The notes beneath the pieces are model-generated. The model was given only the letters and a program-made list of their open reading frames with translations. It made no database searches and was not told the origin of the DNA. 58,901 nt of DNA from Stellaceae bacterium (GTDB lineage Bacteria; Pseudomonadota; Alphaproteobacteria; ATCC43930; CGMCC-115725): positions 1-58,901 of the forward strand of contig JBJMQW010000497.1 of assembly GCA_045802495.1 (NCBI GenBank). Reading direction: 5' to 3'. The position numbers and the translations under genes were made by a program. Positions 54,995 to 58,901 of this stretch are shown here, one piece after another (the first letter of the stretch is position 1; every line of letters begins with the position of its first letter).

Positions 54995-56577
54995 TACAGG
55001 ATCTCCTCGATCCGATCGGCGCCAGCTTCGCGATAGCGCCGCCCTGAGCGGGGACAGACGAGATCGGCCCCCAGCCGCTCGCCGTCGTGGCTCATCCAAC
55101 CGATGCGACGCGCGGGCACGCCGGCCATCAACGCGAAGGCCGGCACATCCCTGGTTACAACCGCGCCGGCGGCAACAAAGGCATACTCACCGATGGTGTG
55201 GCCGCAGACGATCGTCGCGTTTGCGCCGATCGTAGCGCCGCGCTTTACCAAAGTGGCGTGGAACTCGTCCTTCCGTTCGATCTCGGCGCGCGGATTGTCC
55301 ACGTTGGTGAACACGCAGGAAGGACCGCAGAACACGCCGTCCTCGAGAGTGACGCCCTTGTAGATCGAGACATTGTTCTGGATCTTGCACTCATTGCCGA
55401 TGGTGACGTCGGGGCCCGCCATGACATTTTGGCCGAGCGAGCAATTCCGGCCAATGCGCGTGCGCGGCATGATGTGAACGAAATGCCAGATTTTGGTGCC
55501 CGAGCCGATTTCACAGGGCTCGTCGACATAAGCCGATTCATGGATCTGTGCATCAGAATGGGGACGCGCTTTCGGCCCTGTGCCTGGCCCGGAGCCCCCG
55601 CGCAGCGCTTCGCTGGCCCGTGCCAATACCCGCAGAACACGCAAGCCTTCGCGGCCGTCCGTCCGCGGCCTGCCGCCGCTCGCCACGCAATCCAGGAAGT
55701 GGCGGCATTCGAGGTTCAGCGGCTCCCCCTCATCGAGCGCAACCGGGTCGGCTTCTGCCTTTTGCGGCACCGGCATCGCTTCGCGCCATTCGATTTGGTG
55801 CGGATAGAGCAGCAGCTTCCGGCTCCAGGGCTGCCCGTCGTCAAAGACCACCATCCCCCGATCGCCGATGACCACCAGTTTTTGCTCCTTATAGGGGTGC
55901 AGCCAGGACACGAAGACATGCGCCTGCTCGCCGCCCGGAAAGGCGAGGAGTGTGGTCGTGACATCGGCGATCGTCTTGTGCAGGTAATACCCTCCCTGTG
56001 CGGTGACCTCCGACGGCTCCTGCCCGACGAGTGACAAAATCATCGAAAGATCATGGGGCGCGAAGGACCAGAGGATGTCCTCCTCGCGCCGTACTTTCCC
56101 CAGATTCAGGCGGGTCGAAGAAATGTATTCCAGACGCCCGAGCGCGCCGTCGCCGACCATCTCCCGCAGCTTGATGAACGCAGGATGGTATTGCATCAGA
56201 TGACCGACCATCAGCCGGCGATCCCGGCGCTCGGCCAGCGCGCATAACCGCTCCGCCTCAGCGGCGGTCAATGCCAGCGGCTTCTCGACAAAGACGTGCT
56301 TGCCGGCTTCGAGCGCGCGCGATGCGAGCTCCGCATGAAGCGCCGCGGGTGCCGCGATCGCGACGCCGGGGATGTCATCGTCACCCAGTACCTCGTCCAA
56401 TTCAGCGACCCGCGTGTGGTATCGCTCGGCAAGCTGGCGCGCCGTGTTGCGGTCGGGGTCGCAGATCGCGGCCAAGGATCCGAGTTCCGCAAAGTTGCGA
56501 ACCAGGTTCTTGCCCCAATAGCCGCAGCCGATTGCCGCCACCCGCACCGGGTGATGCACCCCACGGCCTGTCGCCAA
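54994..56577 (-). CDS. Fusion protein: Gfo/Idh/MocA oxidoreductase (WbpB-like) plus left-handed beta-helix N-acetyltransferase (WbpD-like)
   Basis: Lies inside ORF 54994..56790. The Rossmann motif [14 protein letters not shown] must sit near the N-terminus, so the start is TTG 56577 or GTG 56559. Hexapeptide repeats [49 protein letters not shown] occupy the last ~190 aa. Confidence 0.8.
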   Translation of the reverse strand: MATGRGVHHPVRVAAIGCGYWGKNLVRNFAELGSLAAICDPDRNTARQLAERYHTRVAELDEVLGDDDIPGVAIAAPAALHAELASRALEAGKHVFVEKPLALTAAEAERLCALAERRDRRLMVGHLMQYHPAFIKLREMVGDGALGRLEYISSTRLNLGKVRREEDILWSFAPHDLSMILSLVGQEPSEVTAQGGYYLHKTIADVTTTLLAFPGGEQAHVFVSWLHPYKEQKLVVIGDRGMVVFDDGQPWSRKLLLYPHQIEWREAMPVPQKAEADPVALDEGEPLNLECRHFLDCVASGGRPRTDGREGLRVLRVLARASEALRGGSGPGTGPKARPHSDAQIHESAYVDEPCEIGSGTKIWHFVHIMPRTRIGRNCSLGQNVMAGPDVTIGNECKIQNNVSIYKGVTLEDGVFCGPSCVFTNVDNPRAEIERKDEFHATLVKRGATIGANATIVCGHTIGEYAFVAAGAVVTRDVPAFALMAGVPARRIGWMSHDGERLGADLVCPRSGRRYREAGADRIEEIL

Positions 56578-56605
56578 TGTGTCCTTCGGCAATTCCTTTA
56601 TCCCC

Positions 56606-56617
56606 CATGCTACCGCA
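56606..56617 (-). promoter_or_regulatory. ops-like element TGCGGTAGCATG (consensus GGCGGTAGnnTG) on the coding strand of the leader
   Basis: rc of catgctaccgca at 56606..56617. It matches all specified consensus positions except the first. It lies ~29-47 nt upstream of the WbpB/D start and downstream of the NusG-paralogue gene. Confidence 0.4.
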
Positions 56618-56618
56618 G

Positions 56619-56644
56619 TTCGGGTGACGGGGACGTCGCCCGAA
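56619..56644 (-). promoter_or_regulatory. Hairpin (10-bp stem with 1 mismatch, 6-nt loop) immediately 5' of the ops-like element
   Basis: Minus strand reads TTCGGGCGAC-gtcccc-GTCACCCGAA. It lies 57 nt after the NusG-paralogue stop. Confidence 0.3.
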
Positions 56645-56701
56645 CGAACTGCACCGATAGTGACGCCGCCATAATTCGCGGCGTCGATGGCCCGCCGAGG
56701 A

Positions 56702-57199
56702 TCAGGCCGCCTCGACGATCTCGGCGCGGAACTGCGCCCGTACCGTGCGACCGAGCATTTCGAGCAGCAGCACGACGCGGTCCTGATCACGCAACTCGAC
56801 CAACCTGCCGAGCATGTCCTCGAACGCGCCGGCGGTCACGCGCACCAGATCGCCGAGCCGCAGATTCTGCCGGCAATCGAACCGGTCGAAGGCTCCACTG
56901 TCCTCCCGCTCCCGAATCGCCGCGATGATCTCGGCAGGCACCGATGTCGGCTCTTCGCGCGTGCCCACGATGTGAGAAACTCCAACCGTGGACAGGATCG
57001 GGCGCCACGGCATTGTGGCCCGGTCGACCCCAGCAAAGAGATAGCGCGGGAACAGCGGCCGCAGCACCGTTTGGCGACGGCGCGCGTGGCTCACCTTGGC
57101 GCGGAAGCGCGGTAGATAGGCGCAGTATCCTTGGCGCAGCAGGTGCTCGAGCGCCTTAGGCTCGGCATGCGGCTGCGTGTAGACCGCGTACCAATTCAT
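56702..57199 (-). CDS. NusG-family specialised paralogue (RfaH-like transcription antiterminator)
   Basis: Lies inside ORF 56702..57580; ATG 57199. NGN domain [34 protein letters not shown]-like region [24 protein letters not shown]. 165 aa. Confidence 0.8.
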   Translation of the reverse strand: MNWYAVYTQPHAEPKALEHLLRQGYCAYLPRFRAKVSHARRRQTVLRPLFPRYLFAGVDRATMPWRPILSTVGVSHIVGTREEPTSVPAEIIAAIREREDSGAFDRFDCRQNLRLGDLVRVTAGAFEDMLGRLVELRDQDRVVLLLEMLGRTVRAQFRAEIVEAA

Positions 57200-57882
57200 C
57201 ACGGCATTGGCTCGTCGATCGCGGCTGCCGCGGGTTGCGTGATGCGCAGCAGGCTCGGGGCCACCACCGAACAATTCGCAAAACCGCTCAATGGCGCCAA
57301 GGAAGACAGAGAATCGAAACTCGCCTGCGGCGATTGCGTGTCGGTCACGATGATGCCGTCGAGGCCGAGAGCGTCGACACGCATCAATGCCGCTGCGAGG
57401 TCCGGAACTACCGGCAGACCGCCGCAGCGCCGGCTCGCCGAGCGCGAATCGATCACACAGATCACGTCGATGGTGGTCTCGCCGGCGCTCAGAATGGCGA
57501 TCTCGGCGAGGTCTCCTGCGCCGTAAAGCGCCACTTTTCGCCACCCCAGCGCCTCGCATTGTCGGAGCAAGGCCACGCAATCACTGCGCGCGCGGCGGAA
57601 GAAATCGAGCGAGACGGTAAGGTATTCGGCGGTCAAGCGGCTCTTCTCGGCAAAACCCTGCGGGGTCAGGTAATAGGCGTAGCGATTGAGCGGCACTTGC
57701 CGCATCTTGATGAGGCCCTTGCGCACGCAGCGCCGCAGATACGCATTGGCAAGGCCGAGCGCGATGCCGAGTTCGCCTGCGAGCTTCCGTTGGGTGATCG
57801 TGCTGTCGCGCTCGATCGAGGCGAGCACGCTCAGCATGATGCCCGGATTGTCCGTCTCCTGAAGCCGACTCTCGTCCCCCAC
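57199..57882 (-). CDS. Winged-helix (MarR-like) transcriptional regulator fused to a Rossmann/CoA-binding-like C-terminal domain
   Basis: GTG 57882 is preceded by GGAAAGG. HTH region ITQRKLAGELGIALGLANAYLRRCVRKGLI. C-terminal motif KVALYGAGDLAEIA. Its stop overlaps the NusG-paralogue start (TGATG). Confidence 0.7.
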   Translation of the reverse strand: MGDESRLQETDNPGIMLSVLASIERDSTITQRKLAGELGIALGLANAYLRRCVRKGLIKMRQVPLNRYAYYLTPQGFAEKSRLTAEYLTVSLDFFRRARSDCVALLRQCEALGWRKVALYGAGDLAEIAILSAGETTIDVICVIDSRSASRRCGGLPVVPDLAAALMRVDALGLDGIIVTDTQSPQASFDSLSSLAPLSGFANCSVVAPSLLRITQPAAAAIDEPMP

Positions 57883-57910
57883 CCCGGCAGCCTTTCCCGA
57901 CGCCGAGGAT

Positions 57911-57940
57911 CAGATACCGCGTTCACGTCATGAACGTCAA
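57911..57940 (-). promoter_or_regulatory. Putative sigma70-type promoter (TTGACG-N18-TATCTG) with an embedded palindrome CGTTCA-N5-TGAACG
   Basis: On the minus strand, -35 is the rc of 57935-57940 and -10 is the rc of 57911-57916. The inverted repeat spans 57920..57936, between and overlapping the two boxes. It lies ~30 nt upstream of the regulator start. Confidence 0.35.
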
Positions 57941-57980
57941 GCCGTAGATGCGCGTGCGCGCTGCCAAGACGAACGCGTGC

Positions 57981-58784
57981 TCATCCGACCCGCACGAGCG
58001 CGCCGCCATCGACGGGAAGCGCCACGCCGGTGATGAAATTGGCCTCGTCCGAGGCGAGGAAGAGCGCGGCGTTGGCGACATCCCATGCAGTTCCCATGCG
58101 GCCGCGCAACGGCACTTTGGCGTCGCGCTCGGCGGCGACCTCGGCGCGGCTGCGGTTGCTGGCGCGAGCCCTTGTATCGACCGCCATCGGCGTGTCCATC
58201 AGCCCCGGAAGGATGCAGTTGGCGCGGATTCCGTAGGCGGCGTTCTGCAGCGCCAGCTGCTCGGTAAAGGCGATCATCGCCGCCTTCGTCGCCTTGTACG
58301 CTACGAGCGGGTAGCTGTTCTCGCGCGCCGCCACCGAGGAGATGTTGATGATCGTACCGGAGCGTTGCCGCCGCATGATCGGGAGCACGTGCTTGCACGC
58401 CATAATCGTGCCGCGCAGATTTATCGCGCAGACCAGATCGAAGGCTTCCTCGGTAAGTTCGTCGAGCGGTTTGTCACCGCCTGCGATGCTGACCCCGACA
58501 TTGTTGTGCAGAATGTCGATGCGCCCCCACCGCGCCTCGGCCGCGGTCATGGCTGCGGCGAGCGTCTCTTCCTGCGTGAAGTCTGCCATCAGCGGCACAC
58601 ATTCGCCGCCCGCCTTAGCGACCATCGCCGCAGTTTCCTCGGCCGACGCCATAAAGCGATCGACGGCCAAGATCCTCGCGCCTTCTTGCGCAAACCGAAG
58701 TGTTGTCGCTCGGCCGTTGCCGATCCCTTGCCCGGGACTTTGACCGGCGCCGATGATCACTGCGACTTTGCCTTCAAGGCGCAT
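57981..58784 (-). CDS. SDR-family oxidoreductase
   Basis: Lies inside ORF 57981..58844; ATG 58784. Motifs KVAVIIGAGQSPGQGIGNG, YKATK and PGLMDTPM. Confidence 0.85.
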   Translation of the reverse strand: MRLEGKVAVIIGAGQSPGQGIGNGRATTLRFAQEGARILAVDRFMASAEETAAMVAKAGGECVPLMADFTQEETLAAAMTAAEARWGRIDILHNNVGVSIAGGDKPLDELTEEAFDLVCAINLRGTIMACKHVLPIMRRQRSGTIINISSVAARENSYPLVAYKATKAAMIAFTEQLALQNAAYGIRANCILPGLMDTPMAVDTRARASNRSRAEVAAERDAKVPLRGRMGTAWDVANAALFLASDEANFITGVALPVDGGALVRVG

Positions 58785-58901
58785 GGCGGAGCTCCGCTGT
58801 GATTTGAGGTCACGATCTCGCTTTATTGGCCGCTCGGCAAGCATCGCTCGCGTCTGTGTCTTCTGCGTCGGCGAAGGCTGGGTTATGCTGCCTGGTAATG
58901 A

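Noticed and set aside
57883-57980. Second ops-like match (CGCGGTATCTGA) in the locus promoter region
   Set aside because: Only the GCGGTA core matches the consensus. The string coincides with my -10 box candidate, so I prefer the promoter interpretation. The better match at 56606..56617 is reported instead.
1-58901. CRISPR arrays, IS elements, integrases, prophage genes, rRNA and tRNA genes
   Set aside because: Reading both strands, I found no periodic repeat-spacer structure, no transposase, recombinase or phage structural motifs in any ORF, and no rRNA or tRNA signatures. This is a by-eye scan, so short or degenerate elements could have been missed.

Overview
High-G+C, alphaproteobacterium-like chromosomal window with about 55 genes. 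I recognised no rRNA, tRNA, CRISPR array, transposase or integrase.

Layout:
- 1-14.6 kb: housekeeping genes mixed with small accessory genes. These are an aminotransferase, PBP1A, a PspA-like/DUF350/DUF2491 envelope-stress module, DUF1269, orphan small ORFs, a decayed DUF4239-like gene, an ICL/PEP-mutase-family protein with an LLM oxidoreductase, a MIOX-like HD protein, and VapBC.
- 14.6-21.3 kb: an intact LLM flavin oxidoreductase gene followed by two progressively decayed copies of its own 3' end. The copies bracket two reverse-oriented cargo cassettes. One is a lower-G+C, partner-less YydD/DUF2326-type (ABC-3C-like) coiled-coil ATPase. The other is the K+ transporter kup.
- 21.3-33.2 kb: a catabolic gene set of an amidohydrolase, three alpha/beta hydrolases, SDRs, Rieske dioxygenase alpha/beta, GST, DUF1330, LLM and a 2-hydroxyacid dehydrogenase.
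- 33.4-57.9 kb: a 24.5-kb glycan locus, entirely on the minus strand and ABC-transporter dependent (Wzm/Wzt). A wHTH regulator and a NusG/RfaH paralogue head it, with an ops-like element in the leader of the first biosynthetic gene. It also holds a WbpB-WbpD fusion, WbpE-like and WecB-like enzymes, three SDR epimerases, three AsnB-type amidotransferases, two GT4 and two CgeB-like transferases, and two methyltransferases.

The best candidates for something undescribed are the orphan ABC-3C-type ATPase cassette with the nested LLM-3'-end repeat architecture around it, and the regulatory and chain-termination logic of the glycan locus.

All family calls come from motifs read by eye and from memory of those families. 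Start codons are best guesses, and no database search was possible.
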